This document shows, one piece after another, positions 23,400 through 37,142 of a stretch of DNA of 64,000 nt. The stretch comes from Eledone cirrhosa (Eukaryota). A program made the translations under genes and the position numbers. The DNA lies in the NCBI GenBank assembly GCA_964016885.1, contig OZ024740.1:87234001-87298000 (forward strand). Direction: 5' to 3'. Under the pieces are notes generated by a model. The model did not search any database. It was not told where the DNA came from and saw nothing but the letters and a program-made list of their open reading frames with translations. Positions within the stretch are counted from its first letter, which is position 1. Each line of letters opens with the position of its first letter.

Positions 23400-24300
23400 T
23401 CACAAAAAGGGTTAATTTACAGGACACAAAGAACACTATCATCTAAATATTGATAAAGATTAGTAGAAGGTTCAGTGCACTAGAGAGGTATTAACTACTC
23501 CATCTCTGAATTTCTTATTATTTATTCCTTCAAGATCTTGAGGCAATAATGCAGGAACTCAGGAATAGAAGACTTTCAGAAATATTATGTTCATCTGGTT
23601 TTCATTGCAGAAGGAGTCAAAGAGCTGCAATGTAAATTCCAACTTGGAGAAATGCTATCGAATGAAAAGCTGTAATGGTTAATATAATAAAGATCAAAAT
23701 ACTGATTATTTACCATGATCACAAAATCCGTGTCATCTAGGAAGTGACAATGTGTGATATGTAGGAAAGGCGTGAGAACTCAATATACTCAGATCAAACA
23801 ATGACTACATGAAAGTGTAGTGGATTTGACAAACTGATATAAAATGAGAACTTCAAATGCATTTAAGGCTACAAAGGCTTCATAAACAGCTCAGCTGGTT
23901 TGTGGCTAGTTAAATGTTAATAGTTTCTATGAATGAAATAATTAATGGAGAGTGTAGAAGAGCTTAAGATGTAACTGGAAGAAATATGAGGAAGAACTAC
24001 ACCTGTTCTCAACAATGTGTTTCTTACACTGAAGAAAAAAATGATAAACAGCATATGAAGAATGTGTAAAAAATTGAAAATCCACAAAGGCAGGAAATAA
24101 ATGGATGTAGTAGCATTAGTAGTAGTGTTAGTGGCAGCAGTAGTAGTAGTAATGAAGCATTAAAATGTATGAAAGAGTTGTCACTGAAGATATCAGCTGA
24201 TATATACAAAAAAGACTGCACTGATACATTGTGACAGATCACACAAATGGACAACAGTAAAAACAGATCTTGTGCTGAAATTGAAGAACATTGGTGGCAG
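23400..24300 (+). pseudogene. Highly decayed RTE remnant
   Basis: Patches resembling ILEAIMQELR and SRK*QCVICRKGV (compare RKWPCLICQKGV near 30000). Confidence 0.45.
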
Positions 24301-24339
24301 AGAAAGACAAAAAATAAAATTAATAATAATAATAATAAT

Positions 24340-24760
24340 GGTTTCTGATTTAGGCAAAAGACCAACACATTTGAGGAAGGGGAAAGTTCATTAAATCGAC
24401 ACCAGTGTGATACTCGTACTTTATTTTATCGGCCCCGTAAGGATGAAAGGCAAAGCTAACTTCGAGAGGATTTGAACAAGAAACGTAAAGGATCATAACT
24501 ATATGTCACAAAACATATTGTCCAACACTCTGCTGATACTGCCGATCCACTGCCATAATAATGATTTCTTATATAGGCACAAGGCCAGCAATTTTGGGGG
24601 AGGGGAAAGTCGATTAAATTGACCCCAGTGGTACTTTATTTTATCGACCCCCGTAAGGATGAAAGGCAAAATTAACCTCGGCGGGATTTGAACTCAGATC
24701 ATAAAGGGGCATAACTCTATGCTGCAAAGCATGGTATGTGATGCTCTACTGGCAATGCCC
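24340..24760 (-). mobile_element. Two adjacent tRNA-SINE copies (GCCTTTCATCC core family)
   Basis: gtactttattttatcg.ccccgtaaggatgaaaggcaaa..taac.tcg..gggatttgaac occurs twice; (AAT)n tails. Confidence 0.8.
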
Positions 24761-25604
24761 ATTCCTTTATTAGCCACACAGGGCTCAAGTTAAGAAAAAG
24801 TCAGTGCAGGCTGGCACAATGTGGGATTCCTTGTGTAAAAATAGTGAACAGAAACAACAAACATAAAAAGTTGAAAAGAAAATTCCTCAGCAGATGGGTA
24901 TTTTCCGAAGGTCACTCGTGGAGAAAGCCCACAAAATGCCATGGTCACCCTGACTGTTAAGACAAGTGTCCTCACCCAGTACACTCTGTGAAGAGGTTTG
25001 ATTCAGTTATTCAGCCATAGAAATCATGCCAAGATTGTAACATGTGAATGAGACATGTTCCTGACCTGTCTCAGAGGGCAATAAGTGTGAGTAAAAATCT
25101 GGCTTGAACCATGGTGACCTGTCTAACCCATACAAGTATGGACAGCAAACATGAAATGATGAAGATAACAATTATAACACTCACACACCTATGTATATGC
25201 CACCATATACACACAGACATACTTATGTAGTAACAAACTAGATATAATGATCTGAGACAGAGAACAGAAAATGTTCACAATAGTAGAAATCGGTTGTCCA
25301 GAAGACATTAACATAAAGTTAAAGATAAAAGAAAATGTCTATGGTGCACTAAAGAGAAATTTACAGATACTACAGCTACAGTATACTTTTAGATTTATAT
25401 CACACACACAAATATATATATATAGATGACTTTTACAAGACTAGAATTATGACTAGAATTGTTTCACTTGCATGAAATCATACAAGTGAAACAATTCCAT
25501 TTCTGTAAAGATGCATATACTCTAGCAAGGTATTGAGTACCTTTTTTTAACTGAGGTTATCCTCTAACAACACAATTCGGGATCCTACATACATATATAT
25601 ATAT

Positions 25605-25885
25605 ATCATCATCATCATCATTTTACGTCCGTTCTTCCACGCTAGCATGGCTTAGACGGGTTGTCCTGTTGTGGGCAGTGTCCGGTCGGCTGATCTTGTC
25701 TTGTTCATACAGGAACTGATTCTGGCTTGATTTCTACAGCTGGATGCCCTTCCTAACACCAACCTCATTTACAGTGAGCGGTGGGTGCTTTTTTGTCGTG
25801 GCACCTCCATGACCACTTTGCAGTGGAATGATAGGGACCCCAGTACTATCATCTGATTTCTACAGCTGAGTAAACTGGAGCAATG
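25605..25885 (-). mobile_element. tRNA-SINE with RTE tail, 3' part
   Basis: 25621-25826 closely matches the RTE 3'UTR at 53829-54080; continues into the SINE core cagctgagtaaactggagcaatgt. Confidence 0.85.
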
Positions 25886-26009
25886 TTTTGAAACAGTGAG
25901 CAGGTTTGAAATTAGAAAATAGAATAGCTTTCACCGTATTTTTGACTAAAGGAATTTTAGCCTGATAATAGGGTTTAGAACCCTCAGATAAATGGAAAAC
26001 GATGAGTAT

Positions 26010-26080
26010 TGACGTACATGGGAGTCGAACCCACATCTTTGGTTATCGCGACCACTGTGCTACCATTACACCAACACATC
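26010..26080 (-). tRNA. tRNA-like cloverleaf (71 nt, anticodon position CGA), probably not a decoding tRNA
   Basis: Acceptor gatgtgt/gtacgtc, D arm gtgt-aatggta-gcac, anticodon arm tggt-cgcgata-acca, T arm gtggg-ttcgact-cccat; G at position 33; T-run 10 nt downstream. Confidence 0.6.
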
Positions 26081-26200
26081 ACACATCTCTCTCCATTCAA
26101 ATTAGAAGCTACATTCTTAGCGAGTTTAAATGGCAAGTAAGTATGTTTTGAAACAGTGGAATGATAGGGACCCCAGTACTATCATCTGATTTATATATAG

Positions 26201-26378
26201 TGAAGGTGCATGGCTTAGTGGTTAGAGCATTAGGCTTGCAATCGAAAGGTTGTGAGTTCAATTCTCGGACCAGGTGATGTGTTGTTTCCTTGCACAAGAA
26301 ACTTTATTTCACATTGCTCCAGTTTACTCAGCTGTAGAAATCAGATGATAGTACTGGGGTCCATATCATTCCATTGCA
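26201..26378 (+). mobile_element. tRNA-SINE head and core (same family as 17406-17740)
   Basis: gaaggtgcatggcttagtggttagagcattaggcttgcaatcgaaaggttgtgagttcaattctc with A and B boxes; its 3' end is the reverse complement of 25819-25885. Confidence 0.85.
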
Positions 26379-26512
26379 ATTCCTTTAGTCAAAAATACGG
26401 TGAAAGCTATATATTTTCTAATTTCAAACCTGCTCACTGTTTCAAAACATACTTACTTGCCATTTAAACTCATTAAGAATGTAGCTTCTAATTTGAATGG
26501 AGAAAGATGGGT

Positions 26513-26583
26513 GATGTGTTGGTGTAATGGTAGCACAGTGGTCGTGATAACCAAAGATGTGGGTTCGACTCCCATGTACGTCA
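26513..26583 (+). tRNA. tRNA-like cloverleaf (71 nt, anticodon position TGA), probably not a decoding tRNA
   Basis: Same fold as 26010-26080; A box TGGTGTAATGG, B box GGTTCGACTCC, TTTTT about 10 nt downstream. Confidence 0.6.
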
Positions 26584-27884
26584 ATACTCATCTTTTTCCA
26601 TTTATCTGAGGGTTCTAAACCCCATTATAAAGCTAAAATTCCTTTAGTCAAACATACGGGGAAAGCTATATATATATATATACACATATACACACAGAGA
26701 TACCAAATTATACGGATTCACATACAATTTCAACACTTGCATGCACACATTCTCAGACAGACACACACATACACCCATATACTTGATAACATAAAGAGTC
26801 ATTTTATGGGTTGGGGACCAATTATTCCTCTATTCTTTTAAGAAAATGGACACACACGCACATTCATATTTATTAAATTTCCAAGCACAAATTACTCTAG
26901 TGTATTGATACTATATTTATATGATTGTACACTCTTTCATCATTCATATCAGCATTAAAATAAAAAAGTAATTCAATCCGCTTAATTAGTAACACTGCCT
27001 ATATTCAATCATAGTTGAATTATAATTACAACTTATCTATCTCCAAATCAATGGTGAACTATAACTTTACTTTGACAGTTTTAGCTCAACATCTGTTGCT
27101 TCTGTTCCTAATCTGTAGGATCTATTCTCCTTCCAACTTCTTATAATACCTTTGTCTCCTACTAGTAACAGTCTCTAGCATCATCCTGCAATATCAAATG
27201 GTATGTACAACATTCCTCCCCCAAGTCCACAACCTCAGTAAGGGAATTCAATTTCGTTTTTTTTTTTTTTTTTTTTTTAACTGTTTAGCTCGGGAGGGAA
27301 TGGCAGCAATCATGACCTTTTTCAGAGCATCCATGTATCCTCAAACCAGAGCTGGGCTGAATGCTTGCAACAGGGTGGACTCTGCTAAAGGCATTTACAA
27401 CCAAATGGTAGGATTAAACTGGAAGATTGATTAAACTGGAGGATTGATTAACGCTAATATAAAACACATTATCAAAAATACTTTAAAATTTTGTCTCCAT
27501 TTCTGAGATAAGGAATTAAAATTATTATGCACAGCTTATTTTGGTTGTTATAGCAAGAAAATTAGAGTTGTTGGACTATCTAGATTTCTTCAGGTGCCTG
27601 TTGAATTCTGTAATGTTCTCAGAATTTCAAATAGAACTCTTTATTAATCATTGAGTAGATTATTCTAACTCCACTCTATTGTCCATAACTATGAATGAAC
27701 AAATGATATCACAAGAAACTAATAACTAATACAAGGATATTCTCTAAACATGGACAATGGCATGAGCACAATCTACTCCAATGGTTTGATTAAAAGGTTT
27801 GATCTGAATAAATCAGCATGTAATAAAAATACTTTCTGATAAGATTCAGACGCTACCATACATTTCTTCCATCATAACAGTAGG

Positions 27885-28205
27885 CCCCTTTCAGTCATAA
27901 ATAACCATGTGATTTACACCTAGAAAGTTCCTCTCCAATACACAAACCAGGGCAAGTTTGTTTGTGGAGGACCATCATACCAGACTCCCCTCTCCACACC
28001 ACCAATGTTGTCCAAGGAAAAGGCAACAGCTGATGCAGCCTGGCACCAGTGATGTCACAACTCAGTTTTTCCAGCTGAGTGAACTGGAGCAATGTGAAAT
28101 AAAGAATGTTGTTCAAGGATAAAACAAACCACCTAGACTGATAATCAAACTCGCAACATCATTATTGTGATCCCAAAACTCTTACCACAAAGCTATACAG
28201 CTTTC
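27885..28205 (-). mobile_element. Degenerate tRNA-SINE
   Basis: cagctgagtgaactggagcaatgtgaaataaag core plus decayed head. Confidence 0.65.
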
Positions 28206-29749
28206 ATAACAATACCAGCAAAGAAAATATTCACCACTTGTCATAGTTTGTAGTTGTTTAAACAATCCAAAGCATTGGTGTTAATATTTGTAAAAAAATC
28301 TAATAAAGTTATTTTTCATTTCTAAGTTTTCTACATAAATTGTCAATATGGTGTAAATGTTTCACCATCAATGACATTGGCGTGTTCATCAACATAAACT
28401 GAAGATATAATATGACAAATATTTAACATACGATATTTGAATGGCAGAGTGTAATGGTAGATGTGCATCCACCCATGTAAACATATGTGTCCATGTGAAT
28501 CTTTATACAGAATATTCTTTTATGTGATGGATATCATAGAAACACAACTCTTAATACTGTGGCTTGAAATAAGAGGAATTATGTGTAGTGACTGAATTAG
28601 AAGGAAAGAATTTATTAGTGCTTCAAACCATTATGTACAGAGAAATTACTGAGCGAATGCTATTATCATCACCATTCTAATGTCTGCTTTTATTTTCTGG
28701 CAGAAGTTGGGTTATTCTCCATAATAGCATACTACCATTCTTTTCCATCCTGTCATCTTATCTGTAAAACTTAACATCCTCAGCTCTGATCTCAATACTT
28801 CTTCAATGCCTTCTATGGTATTATTTCTGCCATAATTACCTTCTAAAGTCAGCATGCAACACTTTATTTACCTTGCAAGCATTCTTCATTCATATCTATC
28901 TAGCAACATAGATACTCCAGTCTTAGATTAATTTATCATTCACCAGTAGAATTTTTAAGGTTGCCAGGTTAAGGAAAAGTTTATGGCCATTCATAACTGA
29001 AATAACTAACAGGGTGCTTTCCATGAAATATATCATGTAAAAAGACTTGAAATATAAACTAAGAATTTAACCTTTCATATTTATTCAATAACAATATAAA
29101 GGATACACTCCTGCATTTAAGTTTGTGTATGATAAATGTCAACACAATAATTAAAAGGGTGATTCATATTTTGGAAACTTATCTTGATGTAAGAAACCTA
29201 CAACACAACAAAAAAAGAAAAGTGTCTGAAGACCATTCTCCCAGGGCTTCTTCAATTTGTCCTACCCTCTACAGCACGTCACCCCATCCCACCTGTCATT
29301 TCATCCTCTTGTCATCTTTAGCCAAGTCTAATCTGGCCGTACCTATTTTCTACATGCATCCACATTCACTTCCATTATTCCTATCACACAATCGGTTTTA
29401 TCCTTCTGCAACATACGACCCAGCCATCTCTTTTGCTTTCTCTTTACAACATTTATTACTGGCTTTAATTCCATTACACTCTGTAATCCATTATGCCCCC
29501 CTTCTCTCAGTGATACTCATGCCAAGTCAGCATTTTATCATGGTACAAGCACTAAGGATGTTGTCATGTCATTGACACACCTGAAGAGTTTTCCTGGCAA
29601 GTTTTCTCCTGTGGAATACCCTTTCTATTAACCATCCACTTTACAGAGTGTGCTAGCTGCATTTGCCATGAAGATAACCAACACTGGGGAGGTTGTTGTG
29701 CTCTTCACAAGAATCCTCTTGATCCTTTTTTGGCATGATTCCTACCCTG

Positions 29750-30990
29750 GCTACTATGCTTTCACAGCATCCTCACCTAATTCTAATTTGATCTTCAAAG
29801 TAATAAAAGCTGTCAACAATTTCTGAGGAGCTTCTCTGGCAATTCAAGGAATCAGTTTCACATGTGCTCTTAGTGTTTACATCTTGAATGAATCTGCAAC
29901 ATACAAAGTCTATCTTCTCCATCAACCTAACCATAATCCCACCACACCTCTTATGTTGTCCACAGGTTACATGTGTGCACCATACAGAATTTGTGCCAAC
30001 ACCTTTTTGACATATCAAACAAGGCCACTTCCTTGATGACACCAGCTTTCTGTGTTTTTTCCTTCTTATTAAGATTTTAGTCTTTGCTAAGTTTACTTTT
30101 AGGCTTTTCAATTCTAGATTTTTCTTCCATGTCTGGAATTGTGCCTCTAACTCTCTCATGGATTTAGCTTTAAGAAGTAGATCATCAACATTTAGAAAAT
30201 CTCATGGAATGCCAATATTAATCTCCTCAGTCATGGCCTAAAGAATAATGATAAACAGAAATGGTTTGAAGTCTGAACCCTGGTGAACCTCTACCTGCAT
30301 TTCAGCTTCATCACTGAACTCATTGCCAACTCTCACCTTGCTGGTTGCACCTATATGTATATATATGGCTTACATATCCTTCACAAGCCAATCGTCTACA
30401 CAACTTCCTTAGCCCTAACCAGATTACTGAGAATGGAACCATATAAAAGCCTTTTCCAAGTACTTCTGCAGTTGTCTCACAGGAAGAGGGTATCAGTAGT
30501 CTCTCTACCGAACAGAAAGCTGAACTGCATCTCACTTAGCTTGATTTTGTCCTTAATTAGTTGTGCTATAGCTCTTTTAGTAATTTTTATGACTTGATAT
30601 CTCTGCAGTTACTTCTCTTTTGTGCATACTCTTTGCCCTCAAAGCAGTTTCCAATGATAATGTTGTACCTGTCATTGGGTAAGGCTCCATCCTGTACTAC
30701 TTGATTAATTATACATCTGACTAACATGTAACCTACCATACCAGATATTTTTACCATCTCAGTAACTATACTAGATGGTCCAGCCACCTTCTTTACCATC
30801 AAATCAATCACTTTATCTGTCACACTGCTGTCAACTGTTATAGACAGTCCATCGCTGTCCCATTTATTCTATGCATTCAGCAATCTCTCATAGTGTGACT
30901 TTCTTTCTGGCAACACAGAGCAAGTGCTTTACTAACATTTTGGACAAACCTTTCCACAACATCTTGATTTTCTTGAACACACTTTCCATC
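29750..30990 (-). pseudogene. Decayed RTE RT region
   Basis: KVAGPSSIVTEMVK, DGALPND, LKVNLAKTKIL, KWPCLICQKGVGTNS, EIVDSFYYFEDQI; many disruptions. Confidence 0.85.
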
Positions 30991-32086
30991 CATAATGCTT
31001 CTAATCCTCATGACACTATACATGCATTCTCACATAAACATATGTATATAAATAGCTACCTAAGCATAATAAGCATATGCAACTTGACCCTGATGTAGTG
31101 CATCTAACTTCTAATCCACATTCCAAGAGTAAAAGTAAAAAGGAAGTTGAAATGCAAAAGCAAAAAAAAAAAGAAACAAAAACTACAAACTTCATCCCAC
31201 AAAAAAAAAAAAATTAAATCTCCAAAATAAGAATGTAAACAACTTGATATTATGGACTGTTAGATTTACAGCAGAATTTAGAATACTATAATTTTCAATT
31301 ATAATTCAGTAGTTTTAAGGAAAAAAAATGTAACGCAGAGTGTTGAGTGAAGCATAGAATTCTTTGAGCTAAGTGCACCAAACAGTTCTATAGAAATGCT
31401 GCATTAAACTGCAAAAAGCTACAACAAAACACAGCAATTAAATTTGCATTTTGACATTCAATAAACAAAACAAAAATCTGTTTTCAGCTTTCTATTAAAT
31501 ATTTCTTTTCCTTCAGAATGTATGTGTGCATGTATGCATATATACACAAACAAATCTAAATATATAAATAAGAAAATTCTCTTGCATGTAAGCATGTTAT
31601 ATATTACTGATATGTAATTTTTTTTCTGTATATTATTCAGTCGAACAGTACCTATCATGGAAGTTTTAGCATAAGTAATTACATGTTTTATCTTTGTTTT
31701 TTAAGCAACATTAAATTGCCAGTAGATTTGTTAATTGGTGGAGCCAAGAGGTATGATGTAATGAAATTCCTTAAAGCCAAGCTGAAATAATAAAAATGGC
31801 CTTCTCTTTTTTTCTATAATTTTCCATTGAAGATATTAAAGCTCATCAAAAATCCATTTTCAAATTTCACTTCACTCTCATGTGTGGAAGAGAATTGTGC
31901 ATTAGCATATAAGAACCAATAAGTTAGAATAAAAGTTAAGGATCATACTGAAAATAATGTTCTTGCTAAAAAGTAATTGAGTATTAAGCCCTGGCATCAT
32001 CAACATCTATGTATGTATATGCATGTGTATTACAATTTTCGCTCTCACATATATATAGAGGGGGATAGATAGATATAGATAAATAT

Positions 32087-33028
32087 TAGGGATGCACTGA
32101 TAAGCAAATTTGCCAATTATTGATTACGGATTTATCGACCTTGCCTGATAGGCTGATACCAATTAATCGGCTGCCAATTATCATCATCATCGTCATTTTA
32201 CGTCTATCTTCCATGCTAGCATGGGTTTAGACGGGAATTGTCCCACATGAGGCAAGATTTGGTTGTCTTGCTCGTATAGGACTGTCTGGCGGGTTTTCTA
32301 CGGCTGGGTGCCTTCCTAACACCAACCACATTTACAGTGTATCTATGAGGTAATTATGTATTGTGATATGAAATGCATATTGTCATTAACTGAAAGTAAT
32401 ATATTATATTATTTCATAAATAATTACAATTTTGGAGTTAAAGAGCACATGATGACAGAATTAGTCTGATTTTACTGCAGGAGATAACATATAGGAGCCT
32501 ACGAGAAATTGGCTATGTTTTGAAAATTGAGAAATTTCGATATCTTTACATTATAATTTATGAGTTCTTAAATTTGATTATTATTTTTTTTTTTATTAAA
32601 TTAAGATGACAGGGTTCATTATAACTGGAAAGCATTTTCATGCCATTAAAAATATTATCGGAATCTTTATAATTTTAAAATTAATTCCATTTTAAAAGAT
32701 CAATTATACACACATTCTCTCAGAGAGGTAGGAGGGTCCCTCTCTTACTTCGACACTCTTTAACCTACAGGGATTTACACTCCTGAGTAGTCCCAGCACT
32801 AGGAATATAGTTATATAGTTACACTGGTAGGCTTAGAGTGTGTGTCCTAAGAATTAATGTAGGGTTCCTTATGTATTTCTATGTGTTGTATCTAATGTAC
32901 TTTTCAAATTTCTTTCATCCATGATTTTCTTGCTGACGCATACGTGCCTATCAATAAAATAATTCTGGTCGATTATCAAAACTGATTGATCAACAAAAAC
33001 ACTGATAGTGATTAATCAGTGTAATCCT

Positions 33029-33029
<1 letters not shown>
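32087..33029. mobile_element. hAT-like non-autonomous element with nested RTE tail (32180-32340)
   Basis: Imperfect TIRs tagggatgcactgat / atcagtgtaatccta with subterminal ccgat/atcg repeats; nested catcatcat..ttacagtgt RTE tail. Confidence 0.5.
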
Positions 33030-33121
<92 letters not shown>

Positions 33122-33959
33122 CATACACTCAGAGTGTAAAAGAGAAAGAGATAAATGAACAGACAGGGAGAGAAAGAAAGAACATTTTGAGAAAATCACT
33201 GATTTAAAAAAAAACATTCATTATGACCTTTAAGATGCAAAAATGAGAAACATGCTAAGTTTGATCAAAGACAGAAGGGTGGTGAGGCTTGAAATTAGAC
33301 ACTGCAAATGTTTCAGAACAGGTATTTTATTTTATTGACACTTTAAGTGAAGATAGCTGGAACAAATACCCTTGTCACATTATTGATTACAAAGTATGAA
33401 CTGATGATGTGTATAGTTGCTGATTCCAAGAAACCCTCATTGAGCTGATGTCAAATAGGATTGAAACGAAATGGAAAAAAAATCAAATTTACATCTCATA
33501 CATATGCAGGTTTAGTTGGCTTACTATGGTGTTGCATCTGATAGGAGGTTTCTTACATGTTTTAATGGTAGGGGTCACAGTCCTATCATGAAATACAATG
33601 TCAAATGAAGCACCTTGCTCAAGAATACAATGTACCACCTGGTCAGAGAATCAAACCCATGACCTTATGATCATGAGTCTAGGTTAGATAAGATTCTGAG
33701 TAAATAGATCACATAGAAGAATCTAAAGAGATAAATGCAGAAATATGATATTTCATATTCAACAGATAACACTGAGAAATGCTCTCAATTATAAAACATA
33801 TGTTAAATCATTTTTACTAATACAAAACTATCTGAATGCGCTTTGATTGAAAACTAGTCAAAATGTTAAAAAAATCAATATATATTATCATTATTTTGTA
33901 TATTCATCATCTTCAAACGCAAAAATAAAAATGAAGCTTTTGACAGTGTTTTTTGCTTT

Positions 33960-34700
33960 GTAGTCTGGAGGATGATGCAGATTAATTATTCATGAGAGTA
34001 GTTATAGTTATATATATGCAAGAATAGGATTCACAGTGATTTCAGAGATAAATTTTGAATATAGGATGGTATTCACTATGGCTTGGTATTCTACCACCTT
34101 CCTTTCATTGTCGCCTTAAATGCAATAAAATAAAAGTATAGGACTAGCTGTTCTTGATTATCAAATACCAGTGTAACTTCTATCGAAGAGGAAGATAAAA
34201 CTTTCAAACCTAGATGAGTTGTCTACAAACAAAAGACTTCAAGGGAAATATCAGGAAGATCATACTAGTTTAAAAAATGAAGAGCAGGAACATTTCGTGT
34301 CTTCTGGGATATTGAAGAAAACAGTGTGCTAAAACTGAGTACTATATACACTGTGTCAGCAATTAATGCACAAATGCACTGCATGACAAAAGAAATGGAG
34401 ATTTTCTAAGTACTCAATTAATGTCATTATTTATGTTATATGGTAATAAGAAACTGTACCCCACTCCAAATGTGAGTTTGTATGTGGGGAGCAGATAATT
34501 AAATAGATAATTTTATTGGATAAGCCATGATTATCTTGCTTCTTAAAAATACATACCACTGTTGATGGAAATGGTGATACTAAAAAATATATGTAATAGC
34601 TAGGACATGAAAATGAGTGAAGAAATGTGTGTCCCAGACAAGATGACATAGAATTGCTGGAGAGGATAGCAGAAGTACCAGCAATTGAAAGACCTAAGAA
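33960..34700 (+). pseudogene. Highly decayed RTE remnant
   Basis: PFIVALNAIK*KYRTSCS resembles LFIIVLQAITEEFKTGCPW. Confidence 0.4.
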
Positions 34701-36877
34701 AATATTGTTTCTTTAGCACAATTGTATATTAAAATGATGCTACTAATATTGCTTCTATGTTTTCTGAGCTGTCCTTTTCTTAATAAATTCTATAAAAATA
34801 TTAGGTCCCAATCAAAAATCAATAAATCATAGTGTTATAATAAAATTCATATCCACTTGTAAATCATAACTAGTATTCAACCTTTCAAAACAAGAGAGCT
34901 ACATAGAGGTCCACAAATAAAATACCACATATACTTGTATTTAAGCTAAGAAATATGTGACAAAAATAAAACTGACGGTAAAATGGTGGTTGGCTTATAT
35001 ACGAGATCAATATTTTGCCAATTTTCACCAATTTCAAAATTCTACATAAATAAGGAGCTAAAATATTTTTTATTTGGAGGTAAATATTACACCAGTTTCA
35101 CTTTCGACATGGAATTTCTATTTCCTATTATTCTTTTTAATATATTTTGAATATTTTCAAAACGGTTGGAAATTGATTTTTAAAAAATCATTATAAAATA
35201 TTTTAAATATCAAAATGTTAAAACTTCATAAATATATTCTTCATTCATGATAATTTCAAAACTGCACCATCTAAGTGTTGCACCATCCAAACCGTGCTTA
35301 TAAGCATGGTTTGAATTTTTGCCTATTTCTCCGACATAAAATGGAGGGTCATCTTATTTCTGCGTATATACGATAAGTCCAACAATATCATGCTGTTATG
35401 AAAATAAAAAATAAATTACAAAAATACTTTAAGCTATAGTTAAAAATAACTATGATAAAGAATGTTGAAGTTAAGTAACATTAACCAGAAGCAATAATAA
35501 TTTCTAATACACAAAATAGTCAGGATTTGCATTCCTGCAGCATTAAAAATCATCTCAATGCACTCAATATACTAATATCAGAAATAAATATAATCAACAT
35601 ATGGAGAATAGAAATTGTCTAAACGTAGTTAAGCCTACTCCGTAGACAATTTAACTGTAATATGTCCACCGTTGATTTTGCATAGTTGCCAGAAAATCGA
35701 AGATTGGTTTAGTATTATATTTTCTTCACCATATAATTATTTCTTGTTATTTTATAATGTTTTGTGCATTAAAACTGATAACAGTATTGTAACTGTTGGT
35801 TTTCATTGGGATGTTGATTTTTTGTTATTTTTTATTTTTAAATTTCACAATAATTCCAATTCTCTGTCACCAACACTTATATTTATTTAGTCATTTTTTT
35901 TCATCACTATCTCAACAACTATAGTAAAAGCTATGATTTGTTGATCAGATTATAATACAGAAACATGCCCAAAATTGTCTCTCGTATCCCCCCCCCCCCA
36001 AAAAAAAAAGAAAATATAACAATTGAGGAAGAGTGTGTGAGAGGGGTGAATTTATCTATGTAAAAGGGGTTCTTGGTAGTGAAAAGGTTGGGATCCACTG
36101 CACCATCTTTCTTTTAAAATGTTAACATTAATTTAACTATTAACTTTAATAATATCACTATATTATATAAGCTTAAATATAATGTTGGCCATTCTTTGTT
36201 GTGAGGAATTTATAACAATATAAGTAATAACAAGGTGCATAGTCCAAAAGTGTAATAATTTATATGGCAGTGAAATATGGACGATACAAATATAAAGCAT
36301 GCTTTAACTCAGCAATATGATAACTATTTATGGAACATATAACATAAATTTAAGCAATAAGGAATTATGAATATGGCTGAAAATTAGCTGCTTTAGATAT
36401 TACATGTAGGATAGAAAACCTAAATAATGGGGAAGTATGAAGAGAATAAATAATTAAAACAAGGTAATAGTGGAATGGCTTACATTGAGTGTTAGATTGT
36501 TATCAGAAGTGGTTAGACTGTATGGAATGATAAACTAAATGGGAAGACAACTTAACAGGATCACCTACTTCAGGGTATTATAAAAATAATTGTTTCTAGT
36601 TTTTGGCACAAGGCATTACCAGTGCATTACTGGTACACAAATAATGAATATAAAAAACGGAAGTTTTGGTAAAAGTGGAATGTTATAATGGAAACCATAT
36701 TTAATGATTAAAAATATGTCTTTCCTTACAATTGACTCTTACAGCAATATAATGAATAGTTGAGTATTATCATGCTCTCAAATTGGTAGTTCTAAAAGTG
36801 TCATAACAAAACTTGATATAAAAACATCATTTCTTTATTATATTCTTTTCAGCAACATTTATCACAACAATGATCAA

Positions 36878-37142
36878 TTAACCATTTTGATACCAAACCT
36901 CCTGAAATTGGCTCTAGTTTTATGATACAAAATTGCCCAGTTTAAAGTGTTTGTATTTATATTAAAAACTTCCATCATAATTTTTCAAAAGAAAGTTTTT
37001 GTTAAATGGTACTTCAAATAGCAGCTTACTAATGAAAATGTTAGTTATTTTATTATATTTTTTCAAATATCTTTATTATTTTGAAAATTATTTGAAACAT
37101 AAGCAGTGTATTTCATCAGAAATATGATAAGAAAAGGGTTAA
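36878..37142. mobile_element. piggyBac-type MITE
   Basis: TTAA-ccattttgatacca ... tgataagaaaaggg-TTAA; related left end at 49080 (ttaaccactttgatacc). Confidence 0.55.

Noticed and set aside
26513-26583. Functional tRNA-Ser gene
   Set aside because: G33 instead of U33, no long variable arm, four G-U pairs in the acceptor stem, and the anticodon differs between the two copies.
26595-26670. Hammerhead in the 260-bp unit (CTGAGGG ... GAAAgcTA)
   Set aside because: GAAA-gc-TA follows a hairpin, but no CUGANGA sits at the 5' base of that hairpin in either copy.
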